28,031 nucleotides of DNA from Myxococcota bacterium (GCA_041611735.1 JBFIML010000050.1:1-28031), one strand, 5' to 3'. Shown: positions 9,795 through 18,356, numbered from the stretch's first letter. Notes: generated from the sequence alone by a model not told the origin. A program made the numbers and translations.

Positions 9795-11279
9795 GTGGGC
9801 CTCGCCATCGATCGGGAGCAGTTCCGCGAGGAGGAGTACGTCCGCTTCCGGGAGCGGCTCGAGGGGAGCTTGCTGGCGCTCCGGGAGCTGCTCGCGCGCC
9901 CGGGCTTCGGCGTGGGCCCCGCCTCCCTGGGCGCCGAGCTCGAGCTGTTCCTGATCGACGCCGCGGGCCGTCCCCTGCCCCGCAACGAGGCGGTGCTGGC
10001 GGCCACCTTGGATCCGCGCGTCACCGTGGAGCTCGACCGCTTCAACCTGGAGTGCAACCTGCGCCCGGCGCGCCTGGCGGGGCGCCCCTTCGCGGCGCTC
10101 GAGCGCGAGATCCGCGAGGCCCTGGCCGAGGTGGAGCGCGCCGCCCGCACCCAGGAGGGCCGGCTGGCGGTGATCGGGATCCTGCCGACCCTGCGCCCCG
10201 AGGACCTGCAGTCCGGAAACATGAGCGACTTCCCCCGCTACCGGGCCCTCTCGGCGGCGCTCCAGCGCCTGCGGCTCGAGCCCTTCCGCATGCGCATCCA
10301 CGGGGCCGAGCCCCTGGACGTGACCTGCGACGACGTCACCTTCGAAGGCGCCAATACCTCGCTCCAGCTGCATCTGCGGGTGGATCCGCAGGCCTTCGCG
10401 CGCACCTTCAACGCGGTCCAGATGGCCACCGCCCCGGCCCTCGCCGTGGCGGGCAACTCGCCCACCTTCCTGGGCCACCAGCTCTGGGAGGAGACGCGCG
10501 TCGCGCTCTTCAAGCAGGCCGTGGACCCGCGCGCCGAGGCAGGAGGGCCGCGGCGCGAGCCTCGCGTCTCCTTCGGCACGGACTGGGTGGCGGAAGGCGC
10601 CTTCGAGCTGTTTGCGGAGAACGTGGCGCTCCACGAGCCGCTGCTCCCGGTACTGAGCGACGAGGAGCCGCTGGTCCGCCTGCGGGCCGGCGCGGTGCCG
10701 CGCCTGGAGGAGCTGCGCCTGCACCAGGGCACGGTCTGGCGCTGGAACCGCGCCATCTACGACTGGGCCGAGGGGGGTCACCTGCGCATCGAGATGCGGG
10801 CGCTTCCGGCCGGGCCCTCGGTGGTGGACATGCTGGCGAACGCTGCCTTCCTGGTGGGGCTGGCCCTGGGCCTCGCCCCGGAGGCGGACGCCTGGACGCG
10901 CGGCTTCGACTTCGAGTGCGCGCACCGCAACTTCTACCGGGCGGCCCAGGAGGGGCTCGAGGCGGAGCTGCTCTGGCCGCCGGCTCCCGGCCAGGCGCCG
11001 GTGCGCGCCACGGCCCGGGAGCTGGTACTGCGGCACGTGCCCCTGGCGCGCGAGGGCCTGGCCCGGGCCGGCGTGGCCCGCGAGGAGCACGAGCCGCTGC
11101 TGGCGGTGATCGAGGCCCGCGCCGCGTCGGGTCAGACGGGCGCCGCCTGGCAGCGCAGCGTGCTCGCGGCGCTCGAGCCGCGCCTCGGCCGTAGCGGGGC
11201 GCTCGCCGCCATGCTGGAGCGCTACCTGGCCGGCACCGCCTCGGAGGCGCCGGTGCACCGCTGGCCCGTGGCGCCGTGA
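9795..11279 (+). CDS. Glutamate--cysteine ligase family (GCS2-like) carboxylate-amine ligase
   Basis: Start reassigned to GTG 9795 (MGLAIDREQF). Motifs GAELELFLID, ELDRFNLECN, FEGANTSLQLH, WRWNRAIYD and HLRIEMRALPAGP. Confidence 0.82.
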   Translation: MGLAIDREQFREEEYVRFRERLEGSLLALRELLARPGFGVGPASLGAELELFLIDAAGRPLPRNEAVLAATLDPRVTVELDRFNLECNLRPARLAGRPFAALEREIREALAEVERAARTQEGRLAVIGILPTLRPEDLQSGNMSDFPRYRALSAALQRLRLEPFRMRIHGAEPLDVTCDDVTFEGANTSLQLHLRVDPQAFARTFNAVQMATAPALAVAGNSPTFLGHQLWEETRVALFKQAVDPRAEAGGPRREPRVSFGTDWVAEGAFELFAENVALHEPLLPVLSDEEPLVRLRAGAVPRLEELRLHQGTVWRWNRAIYDWAEGGHLRIEMRALPAGPSVVDMLANAAFLVGLALGLAPEADAWTRGFDFECAHRNFYRAAQEGLEAELLWPPAPGQAPVRATARELVLRHVPLAREGLARAGVAREEHEPLLAVIEARAASGQTGAAWQRSVLAALEPRLGRSGALAAMLERYLAGTASEAPVHRWPVAP

Positions 11280-12322
11280 GCGGGACGATCCGGCGGCTCG
11301 AGCTGGCGGGTCCGGCCGACGTGGCGCCGGACGTGGAGGGCTTTCTGCGCGCGCTGGGCGGAGCGGCCTGGCTTCGCGTGCCGGGCCGCGACCGCTCGCG
11401 AGCCCGCATGGTGGCGACGCTCCTGCACGGCAATGAGCCCTCGGGCGTGCGGGCCGTGCACGCCTGGCTGCAGACCGCGGTGCGGCCCGCCGTGGACGTA
11501 CACTTCTTCCTGGGCGCGGTGGAGGCGGCGCTGGCTCCCCCCGGCTTCGCCTACCGGTCGCTCCCGGGCCGCGCCGATCTGAACCGCTGCTTCCGCGCCC
11601 CCTTCCGGGGAGCCGAGGGCGCCGTGGCCCGGGAGGCGCTCGCCCTGCTGGACGCCGCCGGCCCGGAGGCCGTGGTGGACCTGCACAACAACACCGGCCA
11701 CAACCCGCCCTACGGGGTGACCCCGGTCCTCGACGTGGCGGCGCGGCGGCTGGTGGGGCTGTTCGCCGAGCGGCTCGTGCACAGCCGCCTGCGCCTCGGC
11801 GCGCTCACCGAGGCCGCCCGGGAGCGCTGCCCGAGCGTGACCGTGGAGTGCGGGCGCGTGGGCGACCCGGCCGCCGACGCGGTGGCGCATCGCGGGCTCG
11901 CACGCTTCCTGGAAGCGGAGCGGCTCGAGCTCGAGCGTGACCCCGCGCAAGCACTCCAGATCCTGGCCGACCCGGTGCGCGTGCGGGCCCGGGACGGGGT
12001 CCGGCTCGCCTTCGCGGACCGGCCGGCGGCCGGGGCCGACTTGACCGTGCGCCAGGACATCGATCGGCACAACTTCGAACGGCTCGGCCCCGGGGCGCCC
12101 ATCGGCTGGGCGGAGCGCAACACCTGGCCCCTGGAGGCCAACGACGAGGCAGGCCGCGACGTCTCCCGGGAGCTCTTCGGTTGGATCGACGGCATGCTGC
12201 GCACCCGGCGCGACCTGATCCCCATCATGATGACCACGGATCCGAGCGCGGCGCTCCAGGACTGCCTGTTCTACGTGGTGCGGGAGCTGGAGGAGGCCGA
12301 GCCCGGCCCCGTGGACGGCTAG
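11276..12322 (+). CDS. Succinylglutamate desuccinylase/aspartoacylase (M14-like Zn deacylase) family protein
   Basis: HGNE zinc motif (LLHGNEPSG), DLNRCF, DLHN and VTVECG. GTGA overlap with the upstream ligase stop. Confidence 0.85.
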   Translation: MSGTIRRLELAGPADVAPDVEGFLRALGGAAWLRVPGRDRSRARMVATLLHGNEPSGVRAVHAWLQTAVRPAVDVHFFLGAVEAALAPPGFAYRSLPGRADLNRCFRAPFRGAEGAVAREALALLDAAGPEAVVDLHNNTGHNPPYGVTPVLDVAARRLVGLFAERLVHSRLRLGALTEAARERCPSVTVECGRVGDPAADAVAHRGLARFLEAERLELERDPAQALQILADPVRVRARDGVRLAFADRPAAGADLTVRQDIDRHNFERLGPGAPIGWAERNTWPLEANDEAGRDVSRELFGWIDGMLRTRRDLIPIMMTTDPSAALQDCLFYVVRELEEAEPGPVDG

Positions 12323-12362
12323 ACTCCAGCCCGGGAGGAGCGCTGCCACGAGGCCGCACCGC

Positions 12363-12842
12363 GTGCCGCCGGGGCCCGGCCAGGAGTCGGTCTGGGACTA
12401 CCCGCGCCCGCCGCGCCTGGAGCCCAGCGGGCGCCGCATCCAGCTGGAGTTCGGCGGCGTGCGGATCGCCGACACGCGCGCGGCCCAGCGCGTGCTGGAG
12501 ACCAGCCATCCGCCGGTCTACTACGTCCCGCCCGAGGACGTGCGCATGGATCTCCTGGAGGCGAGCCCGCGCACCTCCTACTGCGAGTGGAAGGGCGTGG
12601 CCCGCTACTGGACGATCCGGGTGGGCAGCGCGCGGTCCGAGGACGCGGCTTGGTCGTATCCGAGCCCGACGCCGGGCTTCGAGGCGATCCGCGATCACCT
12701 GGCCTTCTATCCGAGCCGCGTGGACGCGTGCTTCGTGGACGGCGAGCGGGTCGCCGCCCAGCCCGGGGACTTCTACGGCGGCTGGATCACCGCCGACGTG
12801 GTGGGACCCTTCAAGGGCGATCCCGGCAGCGGGGGCTGGTGA
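12363..12842 (+). CDS. DUF427 domain protein
   Basis: QESVWDYPRPPRLE, RVLETSHPPVYYVP, SYCEWKGVARY, FYGGWIT, GPFKG. The true start may be ACG 12348 (see findings). Confidence 0.9.
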   Translation: MPPGPGQESVWDYPRPPRLEPSGRRIQLEFGGVRIADTRAAQRVLETSHPPVYYVPPEDVRMDLLEASPRTSYCEWKGVARYWTIRVGSARSEDAAWSYPSPTPGFEAIRDHLAFYPSRVDACFVDGERVAAQPGDFYGGWITADVVGPFKGDPGSGGW

Positions 12843-12851
12843 GCCCGGGCG

Positions 12852-14087
12852 TCAGGCCTCGGGCCGGAAGCGCAGCGGGAGCCGGCCCGGAACCCGGAAC
12901 AGCGAGGGGCCCCACTCCACCTTGCGGGACACCAGCTCGAGCGCCTCGAAGCGCCGCGCCAGGCTGCCCATGGCGATCTGCCCCTCCAGGCGCGCCAGGT
13001 GCGCACCCAGACACAGGTGCGCTCCGCCCCCGAAGGCCAGGTGCGCGTTGTCGGTGCGATCGATGTCGAAGCGGTCGGGATCCGGGAAGCGCTCCGGGTC
13101 GCGGTTGGCCGCCCCGAGCAGAGCCAGCACCTGGCTGTTCTTCGGGATGGTCTTGCCGCCGAACTCGGCGTCCTCGTGCAAAGTGCGCATCGTCACCAGG
13201 ATGGGCCCGTCCCAGCGCAGACACTCCTCCACGGCGCTCGCCACCCGCTCGGGACGCGCCCGCAGCTTCGCCAGCTGGTCGGGATGCAGGAGCAGGGCGC
13301 GCACGCCGTTTCCGATCAGACCGATGGTGGTCTCGAAGCCGGCGATCAGCAGGCCCATGGCCTGGGAGACCAGCTCCGTGGGGGTCAGGCGGTCGCCCTC
13401 CGCCTCGGCGCGCAGCAGGCCGCTCAGGAGGTCGTCGCGGAGCTGCGTGCGGCGCTCGGCGATCAGCCGCTGGAAGTAGTCGCTCAGGGCGAGCCCGGCC
13501 TGGCGGGCCCGGGCCAGGACGTCCGGCGGCTGGATCGCCGCGGCGAGGCCGTGGGTGGCCTGGGCGGTCCAGACCGCGAAGCGCTCGTGGTCCTCGGCGG
13601 GGACACCCAGCATCTCGCAGATCACCGTGGCCGGGACCGGCAAGGCCAGGTCGGCGATCAGGTCCATCTCGCCGCGGGACGCCACCCGGTCGAGCCGCTC
13701 GTCCACGATGGCCTGCACGCGCGGCCGCATGGCCTCCACCGCCCGGGGCGTGAAGGCCCGGCTCACCAGCCTGCGCAGGCGCGTGTGGGCGGGCGGATCC
13801 TGCTGGAGCATGAACTCGCGCTGGTACTCCAGCTGCGACTCGTCGACGCCGGGCAGGCGACCGTCCGTGGTGCGGACCCCGCAACGCACGTCCTTGAGCA
13901 GGCGCACCACGTCGGCGTAGCGGCCGAGGCGCCAGATGCCGACGGGGGTGTGGTTGACCGGGTCGAGCGCGCGCAGGCGCGCGAGCGCCGGGTAGGGATC
14001 GTCGCGGAACGCCGGATCGAGAGGGTTCGCGCCGAACCAGGGATCGTCGGCCGGCGGGCCGGCGGCGGGCTCACTCGGGATGGACAT
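12852..14087 (-). CDS. Cytochrome P450
   Basis: DPPAHTRLRRLV, I-helix AGFETT, ExxR (EECLR), heme ligand FGGGAHLCLG. GGAGG SD and TATGCT upstream. Confidence 0.97.
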   Translation of the reverse strand: MSIPSEPAAGPPADDPWFGANPLDPAFRDDPYPALARLRALDPVNHTPVGIWRLGRYADVVRLLKDVRCGVRTTDGRLPGVDESQLEYQREFMLQQDPPAHTRLRRLVSRAFTPRAVEAMRPRVQAIVDERLDRVASRGEMDLIADLALPVPATVICEMLGVPAEDHERFAVWTAQATHGLAAAIQPPDVLARARQAGLALSDYFQRLIAERRTQLRDDLLSGLLRAEAEGDRLTPTELVSQAMGLLIAGFETTIGLIGNGVRALLLHPDQLAKLRARPERVASAVEECLRWDGPILVTMRTLHEDAEFGGKTIPKNSQVLALLGAANRDPERFPDPDRFDIDRTDNAHLAFGGGAHLCLGAHLARLEGQIAMGSLARRFEALELVSRKVEWGPSLFRVPGRLPLRFRPEA

Positions 14088-14142
14088 GGAAACCTCCGGG
14101 GCGCCGGACCAGCATACCCGACCGGGGGCCGGGCGCGGGTGC

Positions 14143-14148
14143 TAGCCT
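14143..14148 (+). promoter_or_regulatory. Candidate -10 element (TAGCCT) of a leaderless transcript
   Basis: GCTAGCCTC context identical to 9779-9787. ATG 14157 lies 8 nt downstream with no SD. Confidence 0.5.
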
Positions 14149-14156
14149 CGGACCCG

Positions 14157-14840
14157 ATGCGTGGGCGCGCAGCGGCCGTTCTCGGGGCAGTGGCGTTGCT
14201 CGGCTGCAGCCGGGACGTGCTGCCGAGCGGGCGCCAGCTGGTGTGGGGCGCCTCCGTGCCGGGCTCGACCACGCCGGCCCGCGTCACCTCGGTGGCCGTG
14301 CGGGGCGACTACCTGGACGCGGTGCTCGAGAGCGAGGTGTTCCGGCTGCGCTTCCTGCTGCCGGACACCGAGCGCTGCCGCGGCGTGGTGGAGCGCGACG
14401 CGCAGGTGGACTTCGTGCGCCTGCGCCTCTTCGGCGTGGTGAAGCGCGGCCAGGAGCGCTGCGAGCCGGTCGGCATCGCCGACCTGGCCGCCTGGCGCGA
14501 CCAGCGCACGCGTCCCCGCCGCTTCGATCCGCTGCCGCGGGCCCAGGCCACCTTTTACGTGACCTACTCGGACGAGGAGGTCGTGCTGGTGCGCGGCCGC
14601 TTCCCGCTGGCGACGGAGATCGGCCTGACCGGGAGCTCCGACCTGGTGGCCATGCTGCCCAACGCGCCGGAGTGCCTCGGTCCCCTGGAAGAGGGCGTGG
14701 CCTCCATGGAGTTCCGGGACGCGGGGGCCCCGGCCTACGTGCTGGTGGCCAGCGAAGGCCTCTGCCCGCTGCTCGGCTTCGCGCTGCCGATCCGGCTCCG
14801 GGGCGACCCGACGCGGCCGGCCGAGCCGGACGCCTCGTAG
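14157..14840 (+). CDS. Putative lipoprotein, unknown function
   Basis: ATG 14157. MRGRAAAVLGAVALLG-C lipobox. Divergent from the P450. Confidence 0.75.
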   Translation: MRGRAAAVLGAVALLGCSRDVLPSGRQLVWGASVPGSTTPARVTSVAVRGDYLDAVLESEVFRLRFLLPDTERCRGVVERDAQVDFVRLRLFGVVKRGQERCEPVGIADLAAWRDQRTRPRRFDPLPRAQATFYVTYSDEEVVLVRGRFPLATEIGLTGSSDLVAMLPNAPECLGPLEEGVASMEFRDAGAPAYVLVASEGLCPLLGFALPIRLRGDPTRPAEPDAS

Positions 14841-14853
14841 GAGGGGCGCGGCG

Positions 14854-15141
14854 GTGACCACGATCCGCGTCGAAGCCGTGGGCGAGCGCGTCTTCCGGGT
14901 GCGCGTCTCGGACGCGGGTGGCACCACCACCCACCAGGTCACCGTGGCCCCCGGCGACCTGGAGCGCTACGGCGCCGACGCGGCGGAGGCGCTGGTGGAG
15001 GAGTCGTTCCGCTTCCTGCTGGAGCGGGAGCCCAAGGAGTCGATCCTGCGCGGCTTCGCGCTCGCGGTGATCGAACGCTACTTCCCGCAGTATCCGGGCG
15101 AGATCCGCCGGCGTCTGGCGGAGCGTCGCGGCTCGGCGTAG
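14854..15141 (+). CDS. Small hypothetical protein (95 aa)
   Basis: AGGAGG SD before GTG. Protein-like composition (ESFRFLLEREPKESIL...IERYFP). Confidence 0.8.
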   Translation: MTTIRVEAVGERVFRVRVSDAGGTTTHQVTVAPGDLERYGADAAEALVEESFRFLLEREPKESILRGFALAVIERYFPQYPGEIRRRLAERRGSA

Positions 15142-15153
15142 ACGCTGCGGGGC

Positions 15154-15585
15154 TCAGGCGCCCTGGATGTAGCGCTTGAGCTGCTCGATCTCCGAATCGC
15201 GCTCCTGGATCTCGTCGAAGAGCAGGTCGCGGATCGAAACCGTGTCCACCACCTGCCCTTCCATCAGGATCGGCAGGTGCCGGCAGCCGATCGTCTGCAT
15301 CTTGACGATCGCGCTCATGCGGGTGTCGATCGGGGTGGCGGTGATCGGGTCGGGCGTCATCACCTCGCGGAGCGGGGTCTGCTCGAGCGGGCGACCCTTG
15401 CCGAGCACCCGGTGCAGCAGGTCCCGCTCGCTGAAGATCCCGATCAGGCGCCCGTGCTCCACCACGAGCACCGCCCCCACCTTGCGGGTGACCATGGTGC
15501 GTAGCGCGGCGGCCACGGGCTGGTCCGGGGCGAACACGTTCACGACCGGAGAGCGCTTCTGGAGGATCTCGGCGAGGTGCGCCAT
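15154..15585 (-). CDS. Tandem CBS-domain protein
   Basis: VGAVLVVEHGRLIGIFSERDLL, VMTPDPIT, RHLPILMEGQVVDTVSIRDLL. GGAGG SD. Confidence 0.93.
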   Translation of the reverse strand: MAHLAEILQKRSPVVNVFAPDQPVAAALRTMVTRKVGAVLVVEHGRLIGIFSERDLLHRVLGKGRPLEQTPLREVMTPDPITATPIDTRMSAIVKMQTIGCRHLPILMEGQVVDTVSIRDLLFDEIQERDSEIEQLKRYIQGA

Positions 15586-15603
15586 GGGGACCTCCCGGCC
15601 ATC

Positions 15604-15632
15604 ATTGTGCGCCAGCGCCGGCCGGGAGACAA
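15604..15632 (-). promoter_or_regulatory. Candidate sigma70-type promoter for the CBS gene
   Basis: TTGTCT-N17-CACAAT on the minus strand, 18 nt upstream of the ATG. Confidence 0.45.
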
Positions 15633-15735
15633 GCGCAACCCGTCGGTCGCCTCGGGTGATGCGCGCCTGCGGGGTGCACGCATGCGATCGGAGGGCGTTG
15701 CGGGTCGAAGGCGTCGGAGCCCGGCACGCCGGGGC

Positions 15736-16251
15736 TCAGTGAAGGCGGGCCTTGACCCGCCGCAGCACCCAGCCAAGCACCGGCACCTGTTCGTAGGCAG
15801 CCTCGCCGAGGTCGAAGTAGTCGCGCTGGCGCTGGATGCGCCCGTCCCGGAAGCGCAGGTGGCTCACTCCCGCAAAGCTGCGCCCCGGGTCGCCGTCGCG
15901 GCCCGGCAGGCGCATGGTCCAGAAGAGCACCGCCTCCGCGTCGCCCACCAGCTCGTGGTCCACCTGGAAGCTCGCCCCCTCGGCGTAGGCCACGAACTCG
16001 CCCAGGTAGGCCTCGAGCGCCGGGAGGCCGTTCACCTGGGTGATCGGGTCCTGGAAGTGCACGTCCTCGGCGTACAGGCTGCCCAGGTCTTCGGCGACGG
16101 CCGGGGTGATGGTCGCGAAGCGGCGCTTGTACGCCTCCACCGGCTCCTGGGCCCAGGCTGCCGCCGGCCCCAGCAGGAGCGCGGCCACCAGTCCCGCCCG
16201 CAACGCGGCCCGGTGGCGGGCCGAGCCCGGCACGGCGGCCCGCGTGCTCAC
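15736..16251 (-). CDS. NTF2/SnoaL-like domain protein with signal peptide
   Basis: GTG 16251 overlaps the dps TGA. Signal peptide ending AAAWA-Q. Motifs LYAEDVHFQDP, GVSHLRFRDGRI and QRDYFD. Confidence 0.85.
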   Translation of the reverse strand: MSTRAAVPGSARHRAALRAGLVAALLLGPAAAWAQEPVEAYKRRFATITPAVAEDLGSLYAEDVHFQDPITQVNGLPALEAYLGEFVAYAEGASFQVDHELVGDAEAVLFWTMRLPGRDGDPGRSFAGVSHLRFRDGRIQRQRDYFDLGEAAYEQVPVLGWVLRRVKARLH

Positions 16252-16706
16252 TCGAGATGGCTGCGCAGCATCCAGGCGTTCTTCTCGTGCACCCGCATGC
16301 GCTGCACCGCCAGGTCGACGGTCCCCTCGTCGCCGGCCTTCTCCGCCGCCTGGAGCACCTGGCGCGCCGTGGCCACCACGGTGTGCTGGTCCACCGTGAG
16401 ACGCCGCAGCATCTCGCTGGCGTCCGGCGACTCCTGCTCCTCCTTCACCCGGGCGAGCTTCGCGAACTCCGTGTAGCTGCCCGGGGCCCGCTGGCCCAGG
16501 GCGCGGATGCGCTCCGCGATCTCGTCCACGGCCAGGGCCAGCTCCTGATACTCCTGCTCGAAGAGGGTGTGCAGGGTGGAGAACATGGGGCCCGTCACGT
16601 TCCAATGGTAGTTGTGGGTCTTCAGATACAGCGTGTAGCTGTCGGCGAGCAGGCGCGAGAGGGGTTTGGCGATCTCGCGCCGCGCCGCGTCGTCGAGCTT
16701 GGGCAT
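16248..16706 (-). CDS. dps: DNA-binding ferritin-like protein Dps
   Basis: LYLKTHNYHWNVTGPMFSTLHTLFE, DEIAERIRALG and HEKNAWML ferroxidase signatures. GGAGGA SD. Confidence 0.96.
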   Translation of the reverse strand: MPKLDDAARREIAKPLSRLLADSYTLYLKTHNYHWNVTGPMFSTLHTLFEQEYQELALAVDEIAERIRALGQRAPGSYTEFAKLARVKEEQESPDASEMLRRLTVDQHTVVATARQVLQAAEKAGDEGTVDLAVQRMRVHEKNAWMLRSHLE

Positions 16707-18259
16707 GGCGGTTCCTCCGGGAGAGGTTGCGTCTTCGCTTCCAAGGTAGGCAGTCCCGACGTGCCGTCAAACCGCGCGCCCTCCCGGCGCGCCGCCGCGG
16801 CGATGCCGGCCAGCATGCCGCGGAAGACCAGCGCGTGGAGCGGATAGATCCCGTACCAATAGAGCAGGCCCGAGAGCCCCACGGGATCGAAGGTCGCGGT
16901 CTGCCGGATGCAGGCCCCCGCACCCTCCGGGGTCACTTCGAACTCGAGCCAGGCGCGACCCGGAAGCTTCATCTCGGCGGCGAGCCGCAGGCGGCGATCC
17001 GCCTCGAAGGCCTCCACCCGCCAGCAGTCCAAAGCGTCGCCCACGCGCAGCCGCTCCGGGTGGCTGCGCCGCCGGCGCATGCCGACTCCGCCCACCAGCA
17101 GGTCCAGGAAGCCGCGCAGCTGCCACAGGAAGTCGTAGGCGTACCAGCCGGTGGCTCCGCCGATGCGCCGGATCGGGGCGAAGGCCGCGCGGGGCGGGAC
17201 CGGAACGCGGGCGGTGCGCGAGTCCAGCAGCCGGCGCCCGAAGCGCACGCCGCCGTAGGAGCGGGGCGCGGACGCCGCGGACGAGAGGGCGTCCGACCAG
17301 CGCGTCTCCGCGAACTCGCGATCCTCGTTGCGCAGGGCGCTGGCCACGGCCTCCCGCACGCCCTGGGGCTCGATGCGGAAGTCGCGCCGGGCCCGCTCGT
17401 CGTGGACGACGGTGGGGTGACGCACGCTCTCGATCAGCTTGCGGCCCACCCGGGCATAGAGCGGGGTCACCAGGCCGAGCCAGCGGCTGCTCAAGCGCGG
17501 CGTGAGCACCGGAACCGGGATCATGAGCCGACGCAGTCCCCGCTGCCTTGCGTACTCGCGCATCAGGTCCTGGTAGGACACCACGTCCGCTCCGCCGATC
17601 TCGTAGACCGGGTTTCCCCGGGGATCTGCATCGAGGGCCTCCACCAGGTAGTCCAGCAGGTCCTCGATGCCGATGGGCTGGGCGCGCACCTTGACCCAGC
17701 GCGGCGTCACCATGACCGGCAGGCGCTCCACCAGGGCACGCACCATCTCGAAGGAGAGGCTTCCGGATCCGATCACGATCGAGGCCCGGAACTCGATCAC
17801 CGGCACGCCCGAGTCCCGCAGCATGCGGCCCACCTCGTGGCGGCTGCGCAGGTGGGCGGAGAGCGCCCCGTCCTCGTCGCCGAGGCCGCCCAGGTACACG
17901 ATCCGGCCCACGCCGGCCTGGCGCGCGGCCGTTCCGAAGTGGCGTGCGGCCTCGCGGTCGCGCGCCTCGAAGCCGCCCGCGGCGCCCATGGAGTGCACCA
18001 GGTAGTAGGCGGTCTCGATCCCGGCCAGGGCCGGCGGGAGGCTCGCGGGATCCAGGAGATCGCCGCGCACGCTCTCCGCCTGGGGGCCGAGGCGGCCGCG
18101 CAGGTGCTCCGGCCGACGCGCCAGGCAGCGCAGGGGGACCCCGCGCTCCTGGAGCCGGCGCAGCAGCCGACCTCCCACGTAGCCGCTGGCCCCGGTGAGG
18201 AGCACGCGCCCCGGCGGGCGGGGGCGTGCCCCGGGCGTCGCGTCGGGCGAGAGCTCCAT
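16622..18259 (-). CDS. NAD(P)-binding SDR/epimerase-family oxidoreductase with C-terminal DUF2867 (YbjT-like)
   Basis: VLLTGASGYVGGRL, AYYLVHSM, IVYLGGLG, HLRSRHEVG. DUF2867-like part IGGATGWY...AEMKLPGRAWLEF...GLLYWY. The C-terminal ~55 aa run over the dps promoter and start. Confidence 0.88.
   Translation of the reverse strand: MELSPDATPGARPRPPGRVLLTGASGYVGGRLLRRLQERGVPLRCLARRPEHLRGRLGPQAESVRGDLLDPASLPPALAGIETAYYLVHSMGAAGGFEARDREAARHFGTAARQAGVGRIVYLGGLGDEDGALSAHLRSRHEVGRMLRDSGVPVIEFRASIVIGSGSLSFEMVRALVERLPVMVTPRWVKVRAQPIGIEDLLDYLVEALDADPRGNPVYEIGGADVVSYQDLMREYARQRGLRRLMIPVPVLTPRLSSRWLGLVTPLYARVGRKLIESVRHPTVVHDERARRDFRIEPQGVREAVASALRNEDREFAETRWSDALSSAASAPRSYGGVRFGRRLLDSRTARVPVPPRAAFAPIRRIGGATGWYAYDFLWQLRGFLDLLVGGVGMRRRRSHPERLRVGDALDCWRVEAFEADRRLRLAAEMKLPGRAWLEFEVTPEGAGACIRQTATFDPVGLSGLLYWYGIYPLHALVFRGMLAGIAAAARREGARFDGTSGLPTLEAKTQPLPEEPPCPSSTTRRGARSPNPSRACSPTATRCI
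16743..16770 (-). promoter_or_regulatory. Candidate sigma70-type promoter of dps
   Basis: TTGACG-N16-TACCTT on the minus strand, 36 nt upstream of the dps ATG. Confidence 0.55.
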
Positions 18260-18356
18260 GCCCGATGGATAGCCCGTCGGGCGGCGGATGGGTTCGGATC
18301 GAAGGCCCGCCTCCCCCCCCCAACCCCCAGGGGGACAGACCGGGCCGGACGCCGGC

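Noticed and set aside
18306-18334. C-homopolymer tract (G-rich on minus) upstream of the SDR gene as a phase-variation or G-quadruplex element
   Set aside because: Intergenic, not clearly within a promoter spacer, and unremarkable in very GC-rich DNA.
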